64,000 nucleotides of DNA, from the NCBI GenBank assembly GCA_946414595.1, contig CAMKPE010000004.1:28277-92276 (forward strand). Reading direction: 5' to 3'. Of the stretch, positions 30,768 to 39,965 are shown piece after piece. The DNA comes from an uncultured Clostridium sp. (GTDB lineage: Bacteria; Bacillota_I; Bacilli_A; RF39; UBA660). The notes under the pieces were generated by a model that saw nothing but the letters and a program-made list of their open reading frames with translations, did not search any database and was not told the origin of the DNA. The position numbers were made by a program, and so were the translations under genes. The stretch's first letter is position 1. Each line of letters starts with the position of its first letter.

Positions 30768-32597
30768 TTATTCTACTGTAACGCTTTTTGCTAAGTTTCT
30801 TGGCTTATCTACATCAAGTCCTTTAGATACAGTTATGTAGTATCCAATTAATTGAAGTGGAATAACTGTAAGACTAGGGTAGAAGTAACTATTTGTCTTT
30901 GGAATAACAACTATATTATTAGCAACTTTACTTGTATCTATATCTTCATTTGTTACCGTAATAACGTAAGCTCCTCTTGATTTAACTTCAACGAGATTAC
31001 TTATTGTTTTTTCAGCAATATTTTCTTGTGTTACTATTCCAATAACTAATGTATTATCTTCAATTAAACTTATAGTTCCATGTTTCAATTCACCAGCAGC
31101 ATAAGCTTCACTGTGAATGTAACTTACTTCTTTTAATTTTAGACTTCCTTCAAGCGATATTGCATAATCAAGTCCTCTTCCAATATAGAAAGCATCTTTT
31201 ATATGACTGAATTGACTCGCAATTTTTTGAATATCTGTTGTTTGATTTTTTAATATCAATTCTATTTTATCTGGAATTGTTTTTATTTCATTAATTAACT
31301 CTTTATAGTAGTCAAGAGTTATTTTTTCTTTTACTTTAGCTATTTCAATAGCAAGTAGGTAAGAAGCGATTAATTGTGTTGAGAAAGCTTTTGTTGTTGC
31401 TACTGCTATTTCTGGACCTGCTAATGTATATAATACGTGATCTGCTTCTCTTGCAATTGATGAACCAACTACATTTACTATTGCAAGTGTCTTAATTCCT
31501 TCATTTTTGGCTTCACGAAGAGCAGCTAGTGAGTCAGCAGTTTCTCCAGATTGACTTATTATGATTACTAAACCATTCTTATCAAGAATAGGCTTTCTAT
31601 ATCTAAATTCACTTGCTATATCAACGACGACTGGAATTCTTGTTAAATCTTCTAAAATATATTTTGCACATACTCCAACATGGTATGCTGAACCACATGC
31701 TACTATATAAATGTTACTTATGTTTTTAATATCATCATTTGAAAGGTTTGTTTTACTTAAATCTATTTGATCTTCATTAACTAAAGAGTTAATTGTTCTT
31801 TTAACAACTTCTGGTTGTTCATTAATCTCTTTAATCATGAAGTGTTCATATCCTTCTTTTTCAGCAGAATTAATATCCCAGTTTATTTCTTTTAAATCTT
31901 TTTGTATTTCATCACCATTTAAGTCATAGAATATAACTTTATCTTTTTTAAGACATGCTGCTTCTAGATTATCTATATAATAAACATTTTTAGTATATTT
32001 AAGTATTGCTGGTACATCTGATGCTAGGTAAGTTCCATTGTCATCTTTTCCAATAATCATTGGTGAATCTTTTCTTGCTACCCATATTTCATCAGGATAT
32101 TCTTTGAACATTACAGCAATAGCGTATGATCCACGTACTCTTACCATTGTTCTATTAATTGCATCAATTGGACCCATTTTATATTTTTTATAATAGTAAT
32201 CAATTAAATTAGTAAGTACTTCCGTATCAGTTTCACTATAAAGTTTATAATCATGGCGTTCTAGTTTCTGAATTAATTCTTGATAATTCTCAATAATACC
32301 ATTGTGTACTAAAGTAACATTACCATCGTTTGAAACGTGTGGGTGAGCATTTGTTTCATTTGGTTCACCATGTGTTGCCCATCTTGTATGACCAATACCA
32401 CAAGTCCCTTTTAAATTTTTATCTTTTATTTTTTCAACTAAGTTTGTTAGTTTTCCTTTTGCTTTAAAAACTTCTATTTTTTTATCTTGAATAGCAATAC
32501 CGGCTGAATCATATCCACGATATTCTAACTTAGATAGACCATCTAATAATATGTCGACAGCTTTCTTATTACCATTGTATCCAACTATTCCACACAT
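30768..32597 (-). CDS. glmS: Glutamine-fructose-6-phosphate aminotransferase
   Basis: MCGIVG, HTRWATHG, SQSGETAD and PRNLAKSVTVE motifs. Confidence 0.98.
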   Translation of the reverse strand: MCGIVGYNGNKKAVDILLDGLSKLEYRGYDSAGIAIQDKKIEVFKAKGKLTNLVEKIKDKNLKGTCGIGHTRWATHGEPNETNAHPHVSNDGNVTLVHNGIIENYQELIQKLERHDYKLYSETDTEVLTNLIDYYYKKYKMGPIDAINRTMVRVRGSYAIAVMFKEYPDEIWVARKDSPMIIGKDDNGTYLASDVPAILKYTKNVYYIDNLEAACLKKDKVIFYDLNGDEIQKDLKEINWDINSAEKEGYEHFMIKEINEQPEVVKRTINSLVNEDQIDLSKTNLSNDDIKNISNIYIVACGSAYHVGVCAKYILEDLTRIPVVVDIASEFRYRKPILDKNGLVIIISQSGETADSLAALREAKNEGIKTLAIVNVVGSSIAREADHVLYTLAGPEIAVATTKAFSTQLIASYLLAIEIAKVKEKITLDYYKELINEIKTIPDKIELILKNQTTDIQKIASQFSHIKDAFYIGRGLDYAISLEGSLKLKEVSYIHSEAYAAGELKHGTISLIEDNTLVIGIVTQENIAEKTISNLVEVKSRGAYVITVTNEDIDTSKVANNIVVIPKTNSYFYPSLTVIPLQLIGYYITVSKGLDVDKPRNLAKSVTVE

Positions 32598-32711
32598 ATA
32601 AATTCTCCTAACTTTTTACATCATATATAACTATTATATTATTTTTATTACTATTTTTAAATGTTTTATTGTAAAATATAATTATAAGGAATGATTGTAG
32701 AGGTGAAATCT

Positions 32712-33947
32712 ATGGGAGAAATATCACAAACTCTATTAGATTTTAAAGATAGTGTTAATGGAAATACTGATGGTATGAATAAAACTTGTACAGATATTAT
32801 CGATATTTTAACTACATTATCACAAGCAAGTAATACTGCTAAAACTGGTTTTTCTAATTACTATAAAAGTAAGAATAAAGATACTATTTTAGATGTATTT
32901 AGCGCTACTGTAGAAGTACAAGATAAGATTAAAGAAAGTGTTGGATCAGTTTTATCACCTCTAATTGGAGAAGCAATATCTTTGCTTGCCGATATTAAAA
33001 GTTTGGAAGATATTAATATTGTTATAGGGCAAAATCAACAAGTAATAAATAATAATAGTGGAGATAGTCCTGAAAATGTTAGAAGAAGAAATGCTGCAAG
33101 TCAGGAAATAACTACTCAAAATAATAAATTTAATGAACTTCATTCTTCAGCTTTATCAAAACTTGACGGTATGAAATCAAAAGATGGTTCTATTGATTTA
33201 GGTGATGGGGATGCACAGGCTTCTGCTGGTGAGACATCTACTTTGAATTCTAGCGATATCGTTACAAGTTTTGGAACATTCTCAAGTGGAAGTTATAAGG
33301 CATCAAATGGTGTTACAGTTAATTATTATGTTTATATTCCAAAAGTTGAAGAAGGGACATCTAAGTTATCAACATTAATTTATTTTCATGGAGTAGGAGA
33401 TACAATTGATAAAAACTCAGATAGAGGACTTCCTGGTTTAATTAAGAATCAAGAAGTAAATCCAAAAGGAATTGTTATATTCCCACAAGCTACTGGTAAT
33501 ACAAAAGATATAGATTTTTGTTATAAAGAGTATGAAGAAGCAGTTTTAGAGTTTACATATAAAGTTGTAGATGAAAACAATGGAGACAGAAAGAAGATTT
33601 CTGTTTCTGGTCATAGTAATGGTGGAACAGCAGCCTATAAGATGGTTAATAATTTCCCTAATACATTTGCAGCATGTGCGCCAATTGCAGGTGTTGGTAA
33701 TACTCAAGATGGCGTTATGGCTACAAATTTATGGGCATTCCAAGGAAGCCAAGATCCACTTGTTAAACCTGAGACTGGTTTAAGAGTTGCTAAAAGATGT
33801 ATAAGTATGGGATTAAATAATGCAGATTACTATGTATATCCTGGAAAAGGACATGATATACAAACATTGGTATTCCAAGATACATTTGAAGATAAAGATG
33901 GAAATCAAACAACATTACTTGATTGGTTAGATGCTCAATCATTATAA
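32712..33947 (+). CDS. Paralog of 29494..30753: helical N-domain plus alpha/beta serine hydrolase
   Basis: ATG 32712 after GAGGTG. YFHG, GHSNG, QDPLV and GKGH give a complete Ser-Asp-His triad. Confidence 0.8.
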   Translation: MGEISQTLLDFKDSVNGNTDGMNKTCTDIIDILTTLSQASNTAKTGFSNYYKSKNKDTILDVFSATVEVQDKIKESVGSVLSPLIGEAISLLADIKSLEDINIVIGQNQQVINNNSGDSPENVRRRNAASQEITTQNNKFNELHSSALSKLDGMKSKDGSIDLGDGDAQASAGETSTLNSSDIVTSFGTFSSGSYKASNGVTVNYYVYIPKVEEGTSKLSTLIYFHGVGDTIDKNSDRGLPGLIKNQEVNPKGIVIFPQATGNTKDIDFCYKEYEEAVLEFTYKVVDENNGDRKKISVSGHSNGGTAAYKMVNNFPNTFAACAPIAGVGNTQDGVMATNLWAFQGSQDPLVKPETGLRVAKRCISMGLNNADYYVYPGKGHDIQTLVFQDTFEDKDGNQTTLLDWLDAQSL

Positions 33948-33984
33948 ATAGTTGCATATTTTAAATAAAAGTGTTATACTTTTT

Positions 33985-34192
33985 GCAGTGCGATGAATAA
34001 GACACGATTTAATTAAATGTTTTCAAAGAGAGTTATCGTTTGGTGTAAGATAATAAAACTATAATTGAATTACTACTTAGGAGCAGAGCTCGAAAGAGAA
34101 TTCCGAGTGACTTCGTTAAAAGTCTTAATTAAGTTAAACTTAAGGATGGTACCGTGTAATGCACTCCTACAATTTTTGTAGGAGTTTTTTAT
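33985..34192 (+). promoter_or_regulatory. T-box riboswitch (Thr)
   Basis: AGAGA and GGTG.AA stem I motifs; specifier ACT at 34072; T-box AAGGATGGTACCGTG; terminator ACTCCTACAA/TTGTAGGAGT plus T-run. Confidence 0.92.
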
Positions 34193-34211
34193 TTTGTAAG
34201 GAGGAGATAAT

Positions 34212-35978
34212 ATGGTTAATGTTAAAGAAAATGAAAAACTAAGTGTATTAAATCACTCTTGTGCTCATTTACTTGCACAAGCAGTAAAACATCTTTATCC
34301 AGAAGCCAAATTTTGGGTAGGGCCAGTAGTAGAAGAAGGATTCTACTATGATATTGATTTAGGTGATAAGAGATTGACCGAAGAAGATCTTCCTGTCATC
34401 GAAAAAGAAATGAAAAAATGTGCTAAAGATGCTAAGTTAATTAAGAGAATTGAAATATCTAAAGATGAAGCATTAGAGCAATTCAAAGATGATCCATATA
34501 AAGTAGATTTAATCTCTAGAATGGATGAGAATGATACAGTAATATCTATGTATACTCAAGGTGATTTCACTGACTTATGTCGTGGACCACATGTTGAGAA
34601 TACTAAATTACTTAAGAACTTCAAACTTCTTAAGGTAGCAGGTGCTTATTGGAAAGGTGATTCTAATAACAAGATGCTTCAAAGAATATATGGTATTTGT
34701 TTTGATACTCCAGAAGAGTTAGAAGCACATTTACAAGCTTTAGAAGAAGCTAAGCAAAGAGATCATAGAAAGATTGGAAAAGATCTTGAGATATTTGTAA
34801 CTAATGATTTAATTGGTAAAGGACTTCCAATGTACTTACCAAATGGATTTATTATGTGGAATACTTTAGAAAACTACATTAGAAATAAAGAGTTAGAAAG
34901 AGGATATTTACATGTATTAACTCCACCATTAGGTAATGTAGAGTTATATAAGACTAGTGGACACTGGGATCATTATAAAGATGCAATGTTTCCTAAGATG
35001 GAAGTTGAAGGAGAAGAATTTGTTCTTCGTCCAATGAACTGTCCTCATCATATGATGATTTATGGTAATAGTATTCATTCATATCGTGATTTACCAATTC
35101 GTATTGCAGAAATTGCAAGAGATTGTAGATTCGAAACAAGTGGATCTTTAAAAGGAATTGAAAGAGTTCGTACTTTCTGTCAAAATGATTCACATATATT
35201 CTGTACTCCAGAACAAATTGAAAGTGAGTTTAAAGGAGTTGTTGATTTAATTCTTGAAGTTTATAAAGAATTAGGAATTAAAGAATATAGATTTGAATTA
35301 TCATTAAGAGATCCAGAAGATAAAGTTAAGTATTATCCAGATGATGATATGTGGAATAATGCTGAAAATAAATTACGTGAAGTTTTAAAAGATTTGAAAC
35401 TTGACTATGTTGAAAAGATTGGTGAAGCAGCATTCTATGGACCTAAGTTAGATGTTCAAGTAAAACCTGCAGTAGGTAACGAATACACATTATCAACTTG
35501 TCAATTAGATTTTTGTCTACCAATGAGATTTGATTTAAATTACATTGATAAAGATGGAACTAAGAAAACTCCAGTAGTTCTTCATAGAGCTGTATTTGGG
35601 TCAATTGATAGATTCATGGCATTCTATCTTGAAGAAACTAAAGGTATCTTACCACTTTGGTTAGCACCAGTTGGAGTAATGGTTATGCCAGTTAACTCTG
35701 AATATCAAACTGATTACGCTGAAGAAGTATATAAATGGTTAAAGGAAAATGGAATAAGAACTGAAATGGATGCTCGTAATGAGAAGTTAAGTTATCGTAT
35801 GAGAGAAGCTCAAATGAGAAGAATCCCTTATACATTAATTCTTGGAGATAACGAGAAAAATGATCATAAGATTAGTTATAGAGTATATGGAAAGAATGAA
35901 ACAATAACAGTATCTTGGGATGAGTTCTTAGAATTATTACAAAATGATATTAAAGAGAAAAAATTAATAGAAAAATAG
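34212..35978 (+). CDS. thrS: Threonine-tRNA ligase, short form without TGS domain
   Basis: HSCAHLLA, DLCRGPH, RDHRKIG, PMNCPHH and AFYGPKLD motifs. Confidence 0.98.
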   Translation: MVNVKENEKLSVLNHSCAHLLAQAVKHLYPEAKFWVGPVVEEGFYYDIDLGDKRLTEEDLPVIEKEMKKCAKDAKLIKRIEISKDEALEQFKDDPYKVDLISRMDENDTVISMYTQGDFTDLCRGPHVENTKLLKNFKLLKVAGAYWKGDSNNKMLQRIYGICFDTPEELEAHLQALEEAKQRDHRKIGKDLEIFVTNDLIGKGLPMYLPNGFIMWNTLENYIRNKELERGYLHVLTPPLGNVELYKTSGHWDHYKDAMFPKMEVEGEEFVLRPMNCPHHMMIYGNSIHSYRDLPIRIAEIARDCRFETSGSLKGIERVRTFCQNDSHIFCTPEQIESEFKGVVDLILEVYKELGIKEYRFELSLRDPEDKVKYYPDDDMWNNAENKLREVLKDLKLDYVEKIGEAAFYGPKLDVQVKPAVGNEYTLSTCQLDFCLPMRFDLNYIDKDGTKKTPVVLHRAVFGSIDRFMAFYLEETKGILPLWLAPVGVMVMPVNSEYQTDYAEEVYKWLKENGIRTEMDARNEKLSYRMREAQMRRIPYTLILGDNEKNDHKISYRVYGKNETITVSWDEFLELLQNDIKEKKLIEK

Positions 35979-36040
35979 GACTATAAAATAGTCCTTTTTT
36001 TATTTGTAAAGTATAGTAAACACTACAAAAATATTAATGC

Positions 36041-36076
36041 CATTTCGTTGTAAAATGATAATCTAATTGTTATACT
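36041..36076 (+). promoter_or_regulatory. Pilin gene 1 promoter with a palindrome over the -35
   Basis: CATTTCGTTGTAAAATG; TTGTAA-N17-TATACT. Confidence 0.6.
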
Positions 36077-36096
36077 TTTGGTAAGAAGGTGAAAAG

Positions 36097-37980
36097 GTGT
36101 ATAGCGATAAATCTTTAAATAAAATAAAGAATAAAAAAACAAGAAAAAAGACAAAAGCGTTTACTCTAATCGAATTATTAGCAGTAATTATAATACTTGG
36201 AATACTTATGATTATAGCTATTCCTAGTATTACTAATTATATAAGTGATTCAAGAGATCAAGCATATATTGATACTGCTAAAGAACTTATGAATAGTACA
36301 AGAAATTTAATTAACGGTGGTAATTTAAAAACTTATGATACAAATGCTTCTTATTATATACCAACAACATGCTTAGATAGTGAAAATGGTATTAAGTCAC
36401 CATATGGTGATTTTGCACCAGCATATATTGTTGTTACGTATAATGGAAAAGGATTTAATTATTATTGGACTAGTACAGATACTTCAGAGAAGGGAATTAA
36501 AGACTTAGTTGCTTATGATGATTTATCTATTGATAATATTGAATCAGGCATTAAAAGTACAGATATAAAAGATAATGTTGCAGCAGAAAACAAAGATAAA
36601 ATAATAGTATTTAATGCTAATTGTACTGCAAGTGAAGAAAAGGTTGCTTTTAAACCAGAAAGAATAAGAGAAGGAACTTTAACAACTGATTCTAGTTTAG
36701 GAACATCTTTAGATAAATTATCTTTTGAAAGTATTTATACTGTTAATCATTTAAATGTTCCTGATAATGCAGTAAAATCATGGGATGTTTCAAAAGAAAG
36801 AAATGGTTCTGTAATGGCTTGGTATGTAGATAATGATAACAATGGTAAATATGAGTTATATCTAGGCCAAAAAGATGGAGTTATTGCAGGAAATTATACT
36901 CAGTCATTGTTTGCTGGATATAAGAATGTATCATATATAGATTTATCTTATTTTGATACTTCTGAAACTACTAATATGAGCCATATGTTTTTGCAAACAG
37001 GATATGATGCAGATACTTTTGAAATAAAAGGTTTAAATCAATTAAAAACATCAAAGGTTACTACGATGTATGGAATGTTTAATGGAACAGGAAGAAATGC
37101 AAGAAGTGTTAAATTCGATGTTTCAAATTTTGATACTTCAAATGTTACTTCAATGACTATAATGTTCTATGAATGTGGATATAGTGCTAGTGAATTATTC
37201 TCAATTGGAAACTTATCTAACTGGGATGTATCAAATGTAACTGATATGTGGAGTATGTTCTATTTGTGTGGAAGAGAAGCAAGCACATTTGATCTTGGTG
37301 ATTTAAGAAGATGGGATGTATCAAAAGTAACAAGAACAACATATATGTTTGCATCAGCCGGATCAAATGCAACGCACGTATATGTAGGTGACTTATCAAA
37401 TTGGAAATTATCAAGTGATACTGATGCAAGTTATATGTTCTACTTCTTTGGAAACAAAGATAAAAACTTCAATATGGGAACATTAGCTAATTGGGATACA
37501 TCTTCTATTTCTAATATGGATAGTATGTTCTTAGGATGTGGACTTGAAGCTACTACATTTAGATTAGACTTATCAAGGTGGAATGTATCAAATGTTACTA
37601 AAATGGAGAATATGTTCTACTTAGCAGGAAGACGTTCTACAACTTGGTCTGTTGGAGATTTATCTAACTGGGATACAGCAAATGTAACTAATATGAAAGG
37701 AATGTTCTCAGATGCCGGTGGAAATGCTACATGGACTTCTATTGGAACTTTAAAGATACATAATGCTAGCGTTGATAGTATGTTCCGTAATTCAAACTCA
37801 GCAAAAGCAACATTGAATTTCTATAATAATGTAAGTTCTTATGCTAATATGTTCTATGATGCATCAATTAAGAATAATGGTTCAATAACAGTTAATTATG
37901 CAAATGGAGTTAATGTTGATGATATGATTGCAACAAAATCAGATAGATCAAATGTAGTAAAAGGAACACAAGTACAATAA
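36097..37980 (+). CDS. Type IV prepilin fused to DUF285/BspA-type repeat domain
   Basis: Basic leader and KA|FTLIELLAVIIILGIL class III signal; repeated (W/F)D(V/T)SNVTxMxxMF units. Confidence 0.9.
   Translation: MYSDKSLNKIKNKKTRKKTKAFTLIELLAVIIILGILMIIAIPSITNYISDSRDQAYIDTAKELMNSTRNLINGGNLKTYDTNASYYIPTTCLDSENGIKSPYGDFAPAYIVVTYNGKGFNYYWTSTDTSEKGIKDLVAYDDLSIDNIESGIKSTDIKDNVAAENKDKIIVFNANCTASEEKVAFKPERIREGTLTTDSSLGTSLDKLSFESIYTVNHLNVPDNAVKSWDVSKERNGSVMAWYVDNDNNGKYELYLGQKDGVIAGNYTQSLFAGYKNVSYIDLSYFDTSETTNMSHMFLQTGYDADTFEIKGLNQLKTSKVTTMYGMFNGTGRNARSVKFDVSNFDTSNVTSMTIMFYECGYSASELFSIGNLSNWDVSNVTDMWSMFYLCGREASTFDLGDLRRWDVSKVTRTTYMFASAGSNATHVYVGDLSNWKLSSDTDASYMFYFFGNKDKNFNMGTLANWDTSSISNMDSMFLGCGLEATTFRLDLSRWNVSNVTKMENMFYLAGRRSTTWSVGDLSNWDTANVTNMKGMFSDAGGNATWTSIGTLKIHNASVDSMFRNSNSAKATLNFYNNVSSYANMFYDASIKNNGSITVNYANGVNVDDMIATKSDRSNVVKGTQVQ
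36930..37730 (+). repeat. About nine degenerate ~29-30 aa DUF285-like repeats
   Basis: FDTSETTNMSHMF, FDTSNVTSMTIMF, WDVSNVTDMWSMF, WDTSSISNMDSMF, WDTANVTNMKGMF and others. Confidence 0.85.
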
Positions 37981-38057
37981 AATAAGTTTAAAAAGTTTTG
38001 CTAATTTGCAAGACTTTTTTGTTTGTAAAAAAAGTAAATGCTTAGAAATCATAAGAT

Positions 38058-38093
38058 CATTTCGTTGTATAATGCTTTTTTTGTTGTTATACT
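38058..38093 (+). promoter_or_regulatory. Pilin gene 2 promoter with the same palindrome
   Basis: CATTTCGTTGTATAATG; TTGTAT-N17-TATACT. Confidence 0.6.
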
Positions 38094-38113
38094 TTTGATA
38101 AGAAGGTGAGATA

Positions 38114-39385
38114 GTGCATAGTAATAAATTAAATAATAAAGCATTCACTTTAATTGAACTTTTAGCAGTTATTATAATACTTGGAATACTTATGATTATT
38201 GCAATACCTAGTGTTACAAAATATATTAGTGATTCAAGGAAGAGCGCATATGTCAATACTGCAAAAAACATAATGGATGAGACCAGAAATCTTGTAAATG
38301 AAGGTAAGCTAGGAATGTATGATATGGGAGCAACTTATTATATACCTGCAAGTTGTATTCATACAGAAAATGGACTTACTTCTCCTTATGGAGATTTTGT
38401 TAGAGTTTATGTAGCTGTTACTTATTTAGGTAAAGGTTATAATTATTATTTTACAAGCATAGATAACTCTGGAATAGGAGTAAAAAGTCTTCAAAGTTAT
38501 GATAAGTTATCTATAGATCATATAGAGACAGATTTGAAAGAAGAAGATATAAAAACAAATGTAGGAATTGATGGTAAAAATAATATTTATGTTTTTAATT
38601 CAGATTGTACTGGTAAAGATTCTGTTGAAATAGGTGGTACATATAGTTCTTCAACTGGAGAAACTTCTCAATTAACAAAATATATTTGTAAAAGAGCAAC
38701 ATCATTACATACCGAATTTAACAATACGTTTGGTAAGTTAGGAACTCCTGGATCTCTATCTAGTGGAGATGCATTTGATTGTGATGTAAATGGCGATGGA
38801 ACATATGATGCAGCAACCGAAAGATTCTATTACATGTATTCAAGTGGTAATGTAGCAAATTTAATATATTACATAAACACTTATAACGGAGTCCCAAATA
38901 AGACCGCTAAAGTTGCTTATTATGCACCTGCATATGATGGAACAAGCGGGCCAGTAACAGCAGCAAGTCATTTGCCATCTGAATCACAATGGAGTAATGT
39001 TAAATTACAGAATCCAAATCGTCAGATAACAACATATCAAGGTGCTACTTCTATTAATGGAGTGCAACTACCAGTATTCTCATATAGTGGTAGGGCAGCA
39101 AGAATGATTTCGTACGAAGATGCGCGTAGTGCCTGTGGTGGAGGAACACCTACAAACCCATGGTATTTCCAAAGTAGTTGTTTATACTTTATGGAAAACA
39201 TTGTTTATAATGGTAATATAACAGCAGCCTATGGATACTTTACTGAAACGCTTAATTATTATGCTGGTGGAGCTATGACTGTTTATGGATATAATATGGA
39301 TATAAACTCAGCGGCAGTAAATAATAGCAATTTATATGGAGTGAGGCCAGTAATAGAAGTAAAAATATCAGATATAGAAGTATAA
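38114..39385 (+). CDS. Type IV prepilin fused to a putative C-type-lectin-like (DUF6273-like) domain
   Basis: KA|FTLIELL signal; first ~165 aa homologous to pilin 1; unrelated C-domain ending YGVRPVIEV. Confidence 0.85.
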   Translation: MHSNKLNNKAFTLIELLAVIIILGILMIIAIPSVTKYISDSRKSAYVNTAKNIMDETRNLVNEGKLGMYDMGATYYIPASCIHTENGLTSPYGDFVRVYVAVTYLGKGYNYYFTSIDNSGIGVKSLQSYDKLSIDHIETDLKEEDIKTNVGIDGKNNIYVFNSDCTGKDSVEIGGTYSSSTGETSQLTKYICKRATSLHTEFNNTFGKLGTPGSLSSGDAFDCDVNGDGTYDAATERFYYMYSSGNVANLIYYINTYNGVPNKTAKVAYYAPAYDGTSGPVTAASHLPSESQWSNVKLQNPNRQITTYQGATSINGVQLPVFSYSGRAARMISYEDARSACGGGTPTNPWYFQSSCLYFMENIVYNGNITAAYGYFTETLNYYAGGAMTVYGYNMDINSAAVNNSNLYGVRPVIEVKISDIEV

Positions 39386-39397
39386 AAAATACATATT

Positions 39398-39428
39398 AGC
39401 ACTTGTCAATTTGACAAGTGCTTTTTTT
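39398..39428 (+). terminator. Intrinsic terminator after the pilin genes
   Basis: AGCACTTGTCAA-T-TTGACAAGTGCT plus T-run. Confidence 0.8.
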
Positions 39429-39487
39429 ATTTTGTTCGATTTACACCTTTACAAAATCCCTATTATAGGTTAGTATAATGGTAAGCA

Positions 39488-39511
39488 GTGGTGAAAAGTG
39501 GCAAAAAGTGG
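39488..39511 (+). promoter_or_regulatory. MraZ operator boxes
   Basis: Three GTGG boxes at 10-bp period (39488, 39498, 39508) upstream of mraZ. Confidence 0.85.
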
Positions 39512-39520
39512 GGGATTATT

Positions 39521-39964
39521 ATGTTAATGGGAGAATTTCATCATAATATTGATGATAAAGGTCGTTTAACCTTACCTGCTAAGTTCAGGGAAGAGTTGGG
39601 TGAAAATTTCATCATCACTCGTGGACTTGATAAGTGTCTTTTTGTGTATTCAAATTCCGAGTGGGAGAAGATTTCTAACATGCTTAATAAACTACCTTTT
39701 ACCAAAAGTGACGCTCGTAGTGTTATGAGATTCATTTATTCAGGAGCTACTGCGGTAGAGTTTGACAAGCAAGGTCGAATTAATATTACCTCTCCATTGA
39801 TTACTTACGCCGATTTGAAAAAGGAATGCGTTATAATCGGCGTAGGTGATCGACTAGAAATATGGTCTAGTGATAAATGGAATGATTTCTACAATGCAAA
39901 TGAAGATCGTTTGTCAGATATAGCTGAAACTTTATTTGATTCAAACTGGACAGGAAGTGAATAG
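39521..39964 (+). CDS. mraZ: Transcriptional regulator MraZ
   Basis: IDDKGRL, DKQGRI and GDRLEIW motifs. Confidence 0.97.
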   Translation: MLMGEFHHNIDDKGRLTLPAKFREELGENFIITRGLDKCLFVYSNSEWEKISNMLNKLPFTKSDARSVMRFIYSGATAVEFDKQGRINITSPLITYADLKKECVIIGVGDRLEIWSSDKWNDFYNANEDRLSDIAETLFDSNWTGSE

Positions 39965-39965
39965 T

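Noticed and set aside
36930-37730. Periodic sequence as a CRISPR array
   Set aside because: These are degenerate in-frame protein repeats, with no identical DNA repeats and no cas genes.
39396-39424. TTAGCACT...AGTGCT as a CIRCE/HrcA operator
   Set aside because: The spacer is 11 rather than 9, the pairing is continuous, a T-run follows and no chaperone gene is downstream. It reads as a terminator.
39488-39520. GTG-started N-terminal extension of MraZ
   Set aside because: This sequence is the GTGG operator array; the conserved protein starts at ATG 39521.
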